A DNA stretch of 64,000 nucleotides from positions 1-64,000 of IMG/VR virus record IMGVR_UViG_2795385551_000010; one strand, written 5' to 3'. Source of the stretch: a virus. Its lineage: Duplodnaviria; Caudoviricetes. Below the pieces are notes generated by a model. That model did no database searches. It saw nothing but the letters and a program-made list of their open reading frames with translations, and was not told where the DNA came from. Every line of letters starts with the position of its first letter. Position 1 is the stretch's first letter. Of this stretch, positions 18,984 to 28,537 are shown piece by piece. Both the position numbers and the translations under genes were made by a program.

Positions 18984-19079
18984 TGTGCCAAAAATGTCCG
19001 TACCCAAGTCACCGGCAGGTCCGACTACGCTGAACTCAGAGCATCCGATGCCCTGGGCCTGCGGTTCCCTCGCCCAGAG

Positions 19080-20297
19080 ATGGTGGCCTCTGCCGCCGCG
19101 ATGTTTGAGAAGCCCGCCCCGTGGGGCGAGGGTCGCAACAGGCTCGGTGTGGAGCACGAATCCGGCCGGTTCCAAATCACAGTCGGTCCCGGTGTGGTGC
19201 GATTGGGTTGGAAGAACCCAGTGCGCCACGAAAGGGCGTCGGAGAGAGCTGTCAAGCGACACGACTTGGACGTGACCGATTGGTGCGGCCGGGTGAAGGA
19301 GATGTTGACGCGCGCTTCTCGGCTAGATCCCGATGCTGTGGCTGCTGTCGTGCGACGTGACTGCGCCGACCTCGCCATCGGAAGGTCGGGACGGGTGATT
19401 AGTCATTGGTCAAGAAAGTCCAGGTCGATGATGTGCCGGGTATTCGCTGAGCTGGACTACACGCCACTGGTCGAATCGGGTCGCATTCCTGCGATGGTGA
19501 CACTTACGTACCCCGGCGACTGGGAGACTGTTGCCCCTGACGGGGCGGCGGTGAAGCGCCACATGACGTTGTGGCGTAAACGTTTTCGTCGCGAGTACGG
19601 CGAACAGGTTCGCTATATCTGGAAGATGGAGTTTCAGCGCCGTGGCGCTCCACACGTCCACTTGTGGATGGCTCCACCCAATTTTACTGGTAAGTCGGGA
19701 CTTTCGTTCGCCGACTGGCTGTCAAAAGCATGGGCTGGGATCGTCGATCATCCTGACGCTGAGCAGAAATCGCAGCATGTCCTCGCGGGGACAGGGATTG
19801 ACATCCTCGCTGGCCTGAGAGCGGCCGATCCCAAACGCCTGTCCATCTACTTCACCAAGCACTCATCACCAAATAGTCATGGCAACAAGGAATATCAGCA
19901 CGTCGTACCGCCGCTCTGGCGGCAACCCGGGCGCGGGCCCGGCCGGTTCTGGGGTGTCTATGGACTGCGCAAAATAACTGCCACCGCCGAGGTTGCGGTA
20001 GATACATATCTTGCGTCGCGCCGGATCATCCGCCGCTGGTCGCGCTCGCAAGCCGTCTACGGAGCCATAGGAGAACGCTTCCCAACTGCCGTAGTGCCCC
20101 GGACAGCGCACCGCATGGTTCCACGACTCGATGTGGCTACGGGCCACACGAAGTACCGCCGGGTGCGCCGCCGCCGAATGGTTTGCAGTCAAGGAGGTTT
20201 GGCTGGCGGATATGCATTAGTCAACGACGGTCCGTCCTTTGCATCGCAACTTGCGTCAGCGTCCCATATTTGTCAGAGATCGCCGCTACCGTACTGA
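19080..20297 (+). CDS. HUH rolling-circle replication initiator (RepSA-like)
   Basis: MVTLTYP (motif I), EFQRRGAPHVH (HUH), YFTKH (catalytic Tyr), GRFWG; ORF open from 18753, start uncertain. Confidence 0.9.
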   Translation: MVASAAAMFEKPAPWGEGRNRLGVEHESGRFQITVGPGVVRLGWKNPVRHERASERAVKRHDLDVTDWCGRVKEMLTRASRLDPDAVAAVVRRDCADLAIGRSGRVISHWSRKSRSMMCRVFAELDYTPLVESGRIPAMVTLTYPGDWETVAPDGAAVKRHMTLWRKRFRREYGEQVRYIWKMEFQRRGAPHVHLWMAPPNFTGKSGLSFADWLSKAWAGIVDHPDAEQKSQHVLAGTGIDILAGLRAADPKRLSIYFTKHSSPNSHGNKEYQHVVPPLWRQPGRGPGRFWGVYGLRKITATAEVAVDTYLASRRIIRRWSRSQAVYGAIGERFPTAVVPRTAHRMVPRLDVATGHTKYRRVRRRRMVCSQGGLAGGYALVNDGPSFASQLASASHICQRSPLPY

Positions 20298-20298
20298 C

Positions 20299-21414
20299 GT
20301 GGCCATTTCGAGAGTTCAAAAGGAACGTTGGCTAAGCTCGTTGCGCGATGTTCATTTCGTCCTCGACGCACTACGCCACCAAACGAGCAACGCGGTTCGA
20401 CCCAACAGCTTCACTAAGAGCACACAGGCAGCTATGTGGCAGCTGCAGCCCGGCGACTTAGTTCGGAAATTCAACAACGAATCATCGACACAAGACCCAC
20501 GGCTGACCGCCGCCCTAGCCACCGCCGTTGACTCGGTTCGCAACTTCCTAGATCGCCCCCAACCTTGGACGACCAATCGAGTCAGTGAAGATCTCACGCT
20601 CGCCGTACCTTTGATCACAGCCGCTATGTCAGCTATCGCGCTAATATCACCAGACGACGAGACAGTCGCCCAAGTCGTCGACGAACTTGAACGAGATTAT
20701 TTACTTTCCCTCGCTGTCACCTTGACTGGTCAGGGCACGATCGCCCAGAAACTCTCTGAATGGGAGCGAGGCAATCAAGGCGACTACCTCGATATCGCAA
20801 GATTTAGCCTCGTTGCGGAGGGCGGCCCCGGACGTCTCCACATGCGCGACGTCCATGCGGCTACCGATGCGGGGATGACCACATACCTGTTCGGCGTGGG
20901 CTTCAAGACTCTCGACAAATACCCGCAGGTCCAATACATACTCTACAGCCAGTGGTTTACCTACATGTATGCCTTATGGGAAGAGCAATATCGAATCCGG
21001 TTGGCGACCGCACACGGCGCCGACGTCGACGGAAAACCCTGGGCGAGATTCGACATTAGCCACCAACTGTTCGGCGATATCCGGAACATCCGCAACGACG
21101 TCGTTCACAAGCATGGTGTCGTCGCGTCAAGCGCGGACAACTCCATCCTCACCTGGTTTACAAGCGACCATCGGATTGAGATATCCACTGAGCAGATGTT
21201 GTCGCTTGTAACGTCGTTTCCCCGAGAAGAGCTCCTGCAGAAGCCCACTCGCGCTCAACGGGGCAACCCGCAAAACCTGCCTTGGCCAGTCGAGCCCGAG
21301 CTTGTCGATGAGGTTCGCCAGCAGGCCGATCGTGTGGGGTTGACGCGAAAACAGAAGAAGGATATCGGAAATGAAGCTCTACGCCTCTGGCTCGCCGCCC
21401 ATCAATTACCTTGA
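20299..21414 (+). CDS. HEPN-motif protein with C-terminal ribbon-helix-helix-like domain
   Basis: EEQY...IRNIRNDVVH (Rx4H); C-terminal LPWPVEPELVDEVRQQADRVGLT...NEALRLWL. Confidence 0.7.
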   Translation: MAISRVQKERWLSSLRDVHFVLDALRHQTSNAVRPNSFTKSTQAAMWQLQPGDLVRKFNNESSTQDPRLTAALATAVDSVRNFLDRPQPWTTNRVSEDLTLAVPLITAAMSAIALISPDDETVAQVVDELERDYLLSLAVTLTGQGTIAQKLSEWERGNQGDYLDIARFSLVAEGGPGRLHMRDVHAATDAGMTTYLFGVGFKTLDKYPQVQYILYSQWFTYMYALWEEQYRIRLATAHGADVDGKPWARFDISHQLFGDIRNIRNDVVHKHGVVASSADNSILTWFTSDHRIEISTEQMLSLVTSFPREELLQKPTRAQRGNPQNLPWPVEPELVDEVRQQADRVGLTRKQKKDIGNEALRLWLAAHQLP

Positions 21415-21571
21415 CCTACAGTCTGATCAAACAGATAGAGCACCCGACGCTAGTGCCAGAGCTACTCCTGCTGGCGACGCGACAGTCCAATCACGCTGTG
21501 TTTCCTCAATAAAGCCTGATAGTCGGCTACTGTTCGTTTAGCTGCACAGGGCGATACACGGGAGGATCCGA

Positions 21572-22489
21572 ATGGCAGAGCGCACGCGCAAGATCGTCTT
21601 CGGCCGTATCAATCGACGTAATCCCGACCAAGAACCTCTAGAGATGCGAGAGTTTAGCGAGGATATGGCCGCGCTTGCGGAGAGCCATCTAACCTCGCAC
21701 GTCATACGGAGCACAGTTGGACACCCTGTTCGCCGGTGGATCGCTGGCGATATGACGATCACCCCCGGTGGAGACTTCTTAACCGGTGTCCTCGGATTTT
21801 CCGAACAGCAACTACACGTGACCTTCGATGATCAATCTTTCTCATGGATGAAAGCTGAAGTAGAAGATTCAGATACAGCGAATGAGCGCACGATTGCGCC
21901 CTTCGCAGTTGACCTTCGGGCAAAGCACCGATGGGTGGCATTCGCGACTACAGCTCGCCTGACTCCGCATGTTTCACGTAAGGGTTTCGAGCTTGTCCTC
22001 AATGAGGCTGTCTCAGCCCTCGGCCTGATGCCAACTACTTGGGAGGTCGATCTTGTGACCTCTACTGCGGTAATTGACAAGTGGTTAAGGCAAAACCCGC
22101 TTGTTCACCGGCTGCGCCGCACGTTGAAGTTCAGCAACCCAGGGAAAGACCTGGACGACGATCGCCGCCAGATGCGCGCCCTGGCTGCTAATCGGAAAAC
22201 CGAAGAGTTCAAGGCGGTAACGCGCGGGGTCTTGGACATCAACTCGCCGGAGTTTCGGAACAAGCTTGAGGGCACCGAGACGGGCGACCTTGACGTAGTA
22301 ATGGAGGCTCGCGGCCGCCATGGCGTGGGCAACGTCGTGTTCAACACCAGGGAGAGCGTCGACGCAAGTCGCGTTCCCGACTTCGGCGCGAACCTCCAGC
22401 ACGGCATCGACATCGTTCTGGCGGCGCTACGCGAGTACGTCGCGAGCAAGGAGCCACCCGAGCAACCGAGTCTCCTAGGCGATGAGTAG
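21572..22489 (+). CDS. Hypothetical soluble protein, DUF4747-like by eye
   Basis: GGAGG SD; beta-rich N-half, PFAVDLRAKHRWVAF, LRRTLKFSNP; family call tentative. Confidence 0.7.
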   Translation: MAERTRKIVFGRINRRNPDQEPLEMREFSEDMAALAESHLTSHVIRSTVGHPVRRWIAGDMTITPGGDFLTGVLGFSEQQLHVTFDDQSFSWMKAEVEDSDTANERTIAPFAVDLRAKHRWVAFATTARLTPHVSRKGFELVLNEAVSALGLMPTTWEVDLVTSTAVIDKWLRQNPLVHRLRRTLKFSNPGKDLDDDRRQMRALAANRKTEEFKAVTRGVLDINSPEFRNKLEGTETGDLDVVMEARGRHGVGNVVFNTRESVDASRVPDFGANLQHGIDIVLAALREYVASKEPPEQPSLLGDE

Positions 22490-22549
22490 TTCGCCTGGAT
22501 CGGTCCTCGTCGTTGTCAGTGGCTAGCGATACCGTGCATGTAGTCTTCG

Positions 22550-23116
22550 ATGCGAGGTGAAACGATGACCAGCGGTAGAGGGGTAATGCGCCACTTGTGG
22601 GATGCACTACGGCACATGACCCTAGGAGATCTCTTCCAGATCGACCTTCTGATTGGCGTGGTTGGCTGCGCCGGCGGGGTGATCCTCGGGCTCAAGTACC
22701 CCGAGCGTCTTGTCGGGGTCGTCAGCGTGACGGCTGGCGTTGTTGGTGTAGTAATTGGCGCGGTCATCGCTGGCGTCGCCATACAGTCTGCATTTATGGA
22801 TCAGTCTTTCTTGCGAAAGCTTCGAGCAATAAACCGCGATCCAGTCACTTACCTCACGCCCTTTCTATTCACCTCTGTCATTGGGATATTCGCTTTGCTT
22901 GGGCTACTTGCCTTGTCGGCGATACCTGCATCCGCTCCAGCCGCGGTCCTCGCCACCCTCGGTGGCTTCGTGGGCTTGCTCTCTTGCTGGGCTGTAGCCA
23001 GTCTGCTTCCAGGAATGGCCACTCTGATTCAGTTCGTTGGCCTCCGTCAGGATGCGATAGATGTCCCAGACGACGTGGACATCAAACCTATGCGCGCGAA
23101 CGGCACATCGCGATGA
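22550..23116 (+). CDS. 4-TM membrane protein
   Basis: Four hydrophobic helices; start may be a downstream ATG. Confidence 0.8.
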   Translation: MRGETMTSGRGVMRHLWDALRHMTLGDLFQIDLLIGVVGCAGGVILGLKYPERLVGVVSVTAGVVGVVIGAVIAGVAIQSAFMDQSFLRKLRAINRDPVTYLTPFLFTSVIGIFALLGLLALSAIPASAPAAVLATLGGFVGLLSCWAVASLLPGMATLIQFVGLRQDAIDVPDDVDIKPMRANGTSR

Positions 23117-23265
23117 GATCAAGCCAAGCGCCGCAAATCTTCGAGCGCGTCAACGCCTCTCAACAAGAGCTTGAGGCCATACGCCGTGAGGTTGAAGAAC
23201 TCAAGAAGCAAGCTAAGGCTCAGGTTCTCGCCACGTCGCGCACTCAGACTGAAGAAGTCGAATAA
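23113..23265 (+). CDS. 50-aa coiled-coil protein
   Basis: ATGA overlap; MRSSQAPQIFERVNASQQELEAIRREVEELKKQAK heptad pattern. Confidence 0.55.
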   Translation: MRSSQAPQIFERVNASQQELEAIRREVEELKKQAKAQVLATSRTQTEEVE

Positions 23266-23296
23266 TCCTGCCCCTGGCATCCAATGACATCTCAGC

Positions 23297-24235
23297 TTAG
23301 TCGTCGTACCTCTCATGCAGAAATGAAATTAGTTGGGGCGTAACGTCTCTAGCACAGATGCGATGCCCTGCAAGTTCTGACAACACATCGTCAAGTTTCC
23401 ATTCGAACAGATGGTTGTACCGCGCGTTGTAGAGTGCTAAATGCTGGATGCCATACTCGGGCGGACTGAGCAGGCCGTAACAAACGACCTGGTATAACAA
23501 CCGTAAATCCAGCCCGTATCGCGGTGTCCCGTCTTGCTTTCGTCTGTCGACAATGGCCTTGATTTCGATTGTCCATGGCCCAGCCATGATATCGGCGTCA
23601 CCCGCCAGCGGGCCCATCATGGTGGTGTCCTCACGGTGGGGCCCACCACACTCCCGAATGAAGGGTATTAGGTTGTTCCTACTGGTGTTGTACAGAGCTG
23701 CAAGGTCTTTCAACTCATCCGCTCTCAAAGAATCTGAGCACCCGAACCATGTTTCAACGTCACACCCAGAGCTGGCCGATAGTGGAGATTGACGCAAATC
23801 GATGGCTCTACCGACCTCAGTGAAAAGCGCTAGCGCCCAGCATCCCCGGATCAGTTCCTCAATTATGTCTTGATCTTCGCCGCCGTTCCGCGACAAACAC
23901 TCGGCGATCTCACTGAGACGCGACGCGATGCTTTCGAATCGATCCATCCAGTCGGGACCATTCTTGCCACTTTGCACTTGAGCCCACGCTGCGCCGAGCG
24001 CCGCCGCCTCTGGGCGTTCGTCTGGCGTGACGGTAAATCGAACCAAATAGTCGAATGCCGTACCTATCGTGCCAACACGCGCGCCTTTCGGAGGCTCAAG
24101 ACACTTATTTACCACCGACTCGCGGAATTCTTTTTGAATCCTCTTTGTATTCGGCAGATGCGTGCAGAGCCAGTTTCGCAACGGGCTACCAGGGTCGTGA
24201 AGCTCTCCGGTAATGGAGCCTGCTATCGATGTCAT
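23297..24235 (-). CDS. PD-(D/E)XK nuclease-like protein
   Basis: GDADIMAGPWTIEIKA...QVVCYGLL (D-x-EIK, QxxxY; RecB-like arrangement). Confidence 0.7.
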   Translation of the reverse strand: MTSIAGSITGELHDPGSPLRNWLCTHLPNTKRIQKEFRESVVNKCLEPPKGARVGTIGTAFDYLVRFTVTPDERPEAAALGAAWAQVQSGKNGPDWMDRFESIASRLSEIAECLSRNGGEDQDIIEELIRGCWALALFTEVGRAIDLRQSPLSASSGCDVETWFGCSDSLRADELKDLAALYNTSRNNLIPFIRECGGPHREDTTMMGPLAGDADIMAGPWTIEIKAIVDRRKQDGTPRYGLDLRLLYQVVCYGLLSPPEYGIQHLALYNARYNHLFEWKLDDVLSELAGHRICARDVTPQLISFLHERYDD

Positions 24236-24297
24236 AGATCTACAGTGACGCGCTTGCTGAAGTCCGTCAATTCAGTCGCTGGATCACTCCGCGCCGA

Positions 24298-24429
24298 CAC
24301 ACATGGTCTACACACATATGAACCAACATCTGTCACACATACATGAACCAACGGTCGGCACACACATATCACCTGGGTAAAACTGTACCGCACTCATGCG
24401 CGAAATGATTCGCTGTACCGCACTCATGC
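24298..24429 (+). repeat. Cluster of short direct repeats
   Basis: CACACAT(A/G) at 24298, 24311, 24334, 24361; ATGAACCAAC at 24318, 24343; CTGTACCGCACTCATGC at 24383, 24413. Confidence 0.85.
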
Positions 24430-24660
24430 ATACCGATATCGAACACCAAACATGTCGCTCATCGACCCACTGAAATGCCAATAAGACCTTCCATCATGAC
24501 AGGCATATGTGCAGCTAGACAACGATTTTTTGGTTCTGAAACGCGACTGGATTGACGGATTGAAACAGTTGCTCTCACACTGGGTAACAGATGATTTTCA
24601 TGCACTGCATTCAGCAATTGGAGGTTAGCCGTGGACTTGACATCCCAGGAGATAGATTCC

Positions 24661-24957
24661 ATGTTTCACCACAGATCGATTACGGGGCTTTCCCGTTTTG
24701 TACTAGCTGCGGCTGCCACCGCAATTTTAGTGTCGTCAGTAGCACTCGCCTTCACTCTCGGGGTTCTGCAAGCCCGCCGAGAGCCGCTACCTACCCCGGG
24801 GCCTTCGACGATGACTGTTCGGGTATTCAACGATGCGCCGATGCCGATGATCGGATCCGCTGCAAAGCCGACTATTTCGCCCTCTTTGCCACCCAGCAGT
24901 GGCGGTCTAGCACCCCCGCCGCGCACCGCCCAAACACCAGCAGAACGTTCCCGCTAA
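24661..24957 (+). CDS. Small membrane-anchored Pro-rich protein
   Basis: AGGAG upstream; single hydrophobic helix. Confidence 0.5.
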   Translation: MFHHRSITGLSRFVLAAAATAILVSSVALAFTLGVLQARREPLPTPGPSTMTVRVFNDAPMPMIGSAAKPTISPSLPPSSGGLAPPPRTAQTPAERSR

Positions 24958-24991
24958 GGCTCTGCACGAGAGATTCGAAGGAGTAAAAGAA

Positions 24992-25378
24992 ATGGCGATA
25001 GACCGTCTCAATGACGTACCAGTGGCCGATGAGTTCTTCAGCCAGGTAGACGTAGTTCAGGTTCGTTCAAAGACAGAGTTCAGGGATGGGCAGGAGGTCG
25101 AGGCTCGAAATAAATCCGGTGAGTGCGGCTGGGTAGTGGATGCCTTGGTACGCACAGAGACTGGGGTACGAACTATCTCATGGACCGTCTGGGGTACCGA
25201 GCCAACGTACTCTGGCCCAGTCAAGCTGCGAGGTGTCCGTGCCGCCCCGTGGGCCACCGCACCGGGCAATGTTCGCCCAAAGACAGGGTTGTGGCTGTCG
25301 GTAGGATCTGTGGAACCCACGCCGTCTGTCTCAACCACTTCGCGCCGTCCTGCTGGCGGTGACCAAAATGCCGGTTAA
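24992..25378 (+). CDS. AICE small beta-rich protein (ssDNA-binding or Pra-like)
   Basis: AAGGAG SD; WVVDALV...VKLRGVRAAPW; directly upstream of ftsK. Confidence 0.65.
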   Translation: MAIDRLNDVPVADEFFSQVDVVQVRSKTEFRDGQEVEARNKSGECGWVVDALVRTETGVRTISWTVWGTEPTYSGPVKLRGVRAAPWATAPGNVRPKTGLWLSVGSVEPTPSVSTTSRRPAGGDQNAG

Positions 25379-26723
25379 GGCTATCGTCCTCAGTCTATTT
25401 GCCTTCCTCGTCGTCGGCGCCGTACTCCCAACGGATCTGCGGTTGGGTCTACTTCTGATAGCCGCCCTGGCGGCAATTGTGTGGGCGTTGATTCACTGGC
25501 AACGGTCCGCCGAGGTCCGGTCTAGTTTCGATCCTCCGCTTTCGACAGCCATCGAGTTGTTACAGTCTCCCAAGAAGTTTCAGAACCTTTGCCGCTCTGT
25601 GGGGCTCACTCACACCAGCAAGGCTCGAAGCGTCTGGTCCACGGCTATCGAGCCGGTGGAGCACCTACCGACAGTTGTCGGTAGCGCATTACCGACCCCG
25701 TACGGCGCATCGCTGGCCGTACTTCCGGCTCTGGGGCACTCGGTTGAGACATGGCAGTCAGCTGCGCCTCGGCTGCAAGCAGCTCTCTCTGTTCCTAGCA
25801 TTGTTGTGATCGATCGTTCCGATCACTTGGAGGTACAGCTGCGGGTCAAAGATCCGCTTAGTACGGATATCGTCGCCGATCACGTGATTCCGGCTTCTGA
25901 CCTATCGCTCGGGCTTGGCTTCGACGAAGACGGCAACTGGTTGTCGCTACCTGTGGCCAACACCGGCGGACTCGTGGTTGGCGGACTTCCCGGTTCTGGC
26001 AAAACAGCCTGGCTCACAGGGGTTTTCGCCGCGCTTGCCTCCAGCCCGCTGTGCCAATGGGTGCTAGTGGACGCGAAACACGGGCACGATTTGGCGGCTC
26101 TGGCACCCCGTTCATATCGGTACCTCGCCGCCGAAGCAGACCTGCTTGATGTCCGCGACGGACTTCGCGAAGTTCAACTGCTGATGAACCACCGCCGCAA
26201 GAACATGATCGAACTGATCGGTACGCCGAATTTCTGGTCGGCTCCGATCTCGCCATCGAACCCCGTTGTGTTCGTCGTCATCGATGAGGTTCAGCAGCTC
26301 CAGCCCACTGCATTCGTCACGAAGGAAGATAAGGCTCTGGCGACCGAGATCGACTTGTTAATAAGGGATCTGGTTCGTCTCGGGCGGAGCGCAGGCATCG
26401 TGGTTGTCCTGTCGACCCAACGTCCGACAGCAGACGCAATCAGTACCCCAATCCGCGACAACGCAGAGCTGCGGGTCTGCTTCAACGTCAGAAGCCGCGA
26501 GTCGGCTGTCGCTGTCCTCGGCGAATGGTCAACCGACGATCTCGTTTCCCCGCTCGGGCTGCCAACCGGCGTAGGCGTTGCATACGTCAACAGCGAACTA
26601 TGCAAATTTCGTGCACCTTTCACACCCGAGCCTGTCCTTGTGGAATCGGTATTACAGCACCGGCAGTTGACCGCCGATCCCCTTGACCTGCTGAGCCAAG
26701 CCCTATTCAACGCACCCGATTAA
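25359..26723 (+). CDS. FtsK/SpoIIIE DNA translocase (TraB-type)
   Basis: N-terminal TMs; Walker A GLPGSGKT; Walker B VVIDE; GRSAG...STQRP. Confidence 0.92.
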   Translation: MTKMPVKAIVLSLFAFLVVGAVLPTDLRLGLLLIAALAAIVWALIHWQRSAEVRSSFDPPLSTAIELLQSPKKFQNLCRSVGLTHTSKARSVWSTAIEPVEHLPTVVGSALPTPYGASLAVLPALGHSVETWQSAAPRLQAALSVPSIVVIDRSDHLEVQLRVKDPLSTDIVADHVIPASDLSLGLGFDEDGNWLSLPVANTGGLVVGGLPGSGKTAWLTGVFAALASSPLCQWVLVDAKHGHDLAALAPRSYRYLAAEADLLDVRDGLREVQLLMNHRRKNMIELIGTPNFWSAPISPSNPVVFVVIDEVQQLQPTAFVTKEDKALATEIDLLIRDLVRLGRSAGIVVVLSTQRPTADAISTPIRDNAELRVCFNVRSRESAVAVLGEWSTDDLVSPLGLPTGVGVAYVNSELCKFRAPFTPEPVLVESVLQHRQLTADPLDLLSQALFNAPD

Positions 26724-26821
26724 CCTCAGAAGACTCGGAAAGACGACATGAATTTCGTTCAGGCACAAGGAATCATCGCAAGATGGTTCCGCGTGAGCAT
26801 CGACCACCAGAAGGAAGCATC

Positions 26822-27055
26822 ATGACGGTACGCCAGCTCAGTACGAATACACGGGCCCCGGAAGATTTTCCCGAGCTGCTGACAGCCGACCAGGTAGCAG
26901 ATCTACTCGGCGTTTCCGCTGCCACGGTGAACCGCTGGGGCGCCTTACGAGACCAAGGCGAAGACGTCGGCCCGCCTTGCTATTCACTGTCTGATCGTGT
27001 CCGCCGCTGGGACGCAGCCGACGTGCGCAAGTGGATTCGCCAGGTTCGCCGATAG
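26822..27055 (+). CDS. xis: Excisionase / HTH DNA-binding protein
   Basis: LLTADQVADLLGVSAATVNRW...GPP...RW...DVRKWI; abuts int. Confidence 0.85.
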   Translation: MTVRQLSTNTRAPEDFPELLTADQVADLLGVSAATVNRWGALRDQGEDVGPPCYSLSDRVRRWDAADVRKWIRQVRR

Positions 27056-28213
27056 ATGGCAGGCTCGGTTCCTCGTGGTATACGCAAGCGCCTCAACAGT
27101 TCTGGCCAGCCTCGTTATCAGGTCCGTTACCTCGTGCGCGACCCGGCGACGACAACCGGCTGGACGGAAACATCCACCACGTTCGGTAGCCTCCGCGAGG
27201 CGCGGGCATTTAAGGCCGATCGTGATAACGAAACTGCACTCGGCACTCAACGGTTCGACCCCCGCCTTGGGAAAGCGACGTTAGATCGAATCTGGTTGCA
27301 GTACGGCGCCTCTAAACGACCCTCCGTGTCGCCCAAGACATGGAGTGGTTATGTGCAGCACTGGGAACTGCGCATCGCTCGCCGCTTGGGTCATATGCCT
27401 GTCGATGAAATCACCCGCCAGATGGTTCAAGAGTTCGTTGATTGCCTCACCGTGGGTCCGTGGGCCAAAGTCTCAACGCTTCGGCTGCTGCGCTCGATTT
27501 TGGAGGTCGCCCGGGAAGACGGCCGCATCCATCGCAATCCTGCGCAGGGAGTGTCGGCAGGGCGAATCCCGCCGCGTGAGCGCCATCGGTATCTCACGGC
27601 ATCCGAAGTCGTCAGCCTGTCCAGGGCATGTGGCGATCAGGGCGACGTAGTAGCGATCCTGGCTTACACGGGACTGCGCTGGTCCGAGCTGGTGGGCCTG
27701 CGTATTTGCGACGTGGACCTTGCCGCTCGCCGCCTGTACGTGCGCCGAGCAGCCCCTGAGGTCGATGGCCACATAATTGTCGGTCCGCCTAAGACCCGAG
27801 CCGCTGTTCGCACTGTTCCGCTGCCACAAGTTGTCATAGACGCCCTGACGCCGCGTATCGAGGGCCGCCCCGCCGATGAGCCAGCCGTTACGTCGCCGAA
27901 CGGCGCTATGCTCCGATCCAACAATTGGCGACGCCACACCCACTGGTCGAAGGCCCTTCAAGCCACCCAACTCGCGCCACTCACGATTCATGATCTCCGG
28001 CACACATACGCCAGCTTGGCCCGCGCCTCCGGCGCTGATCTCCGCTACGTCCAGAAGACCATGGGCCACTCGACGCCCACCGTGACCGCGAATATCTACA
28101 GCGACCTCTACTCAGACGAACTCGACCAGGTCGCAGTCAATCTTGACCGGCTTCATTCATCTGATTTGTCCACGAAGAACGGACAGAAACCGGACACCCA
28201 GAAACATCCATAG
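27056..28213 (+). CDS. int: Tyrosine integrase
   Basis: YTGLRWSE, PPKT, HDLRHT, MGHS, IY catalytic set; adjacent to att. Confidence 0.97.
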   Translation: MAGSVPRGIRKRLNSSGQPRYQVRYLVRDPATTTGWTETSTTFGSLREARAFKADRDNETALGTQRFDPRLGKATLDRIWLQYGASKRPSVSPKTWSGYVQHWELRIARRLGHMPVDEITRQMVQEFVDCLTVGPWAKVSTLRLLRSILEVAREDGRIHRNPAQGVSAGRIPPRERHRYLTASEVVSLSRACGDQGDVVAILAYTGLRWSELVGLRICDVDLAARRLYVRRAAPEVDGHIIVGPPKTRAAVRTVPLPQVVIDALTPRIEGRPADEPAVTSPNGAMLRSNNWRRHTHWSKALQATQLAPLTIHDLRHTYASLARASGADLRYVQKTMGHSTPTVTANIYSDLYSDELDQVAVNLDRLHSSDLSTKNGQKPDTQKHP

Positions 28214-28245
28214 AGTGCACGAATCGTGTCCATGCAGGTCAGAAG

Positions 28246-28322
28246 TGGTGGCCAGGGCCGGGATCGAACCGGCGACCTTCCGCTTTTCAGGCGGACGCTC
28301 GTACCAACTGAGCTACCTGGCC
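28246..28322 (-). tRNA. tRNA-Phe(GAA)
   Basis: GGCCAGGTAGCTCAGTTGG...CTGAAAA...GGTTCGATCCC...CCA. Confidence 0.97.
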
Positions 28323-28358
28323 GGACGGCAGACCCAACTACTTACTGCCTCGCCGTAC

Positions 28359-28435
28359 TGGCGACCCTGACGGGACTCGAACCCGCGACCTCCGCCGTGA
28401 CAGGGCGGCGCGCTAACCAACTGCGCCACAGGGCC
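28359..28435 (-). tRNA. tRNA-Asp(GTC)
   Basis: GGCCCTGTGGCGCAGTTGG...CTGTCAC...GGTTCGAGTCCC...CCA. Confidence 0.97.
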
Positions 28436-28464
28436 TTACTCTGCTCCCAGTATGACTGGTTGCG

Positions 28465-28537
28465 TACCCCCAACGGGATTCGAACCCGTGCTACCGCCGT
28501 GAAAGGGCGGCGTCCTAGGCCACTAGACGATGGGGGC
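28465..28537 (-). tRNA. tRNA-Glu(TTC)
   Basis: GCCCCCATCGTCTAGTGG...CTTTCAC...GGTTCGAATCCC; CCA not encoded. Confidence 0.95.

Larger units (their letters stand above)
18511..28291. mobile_element. Actinomycete integrative and conjugative element (AICE), about 9.8 kb, in tRNA-Phe
   Basis: 46-bp direct repeats flank HUH Rep, FtsK/TraB, Xis and tyrosine integrase genes. Confidence 0.92.

Noticed and set aside
24298-24429. CRISPR array
   Set aside because: Repeats too short and few, irregular spacing, no cas genes
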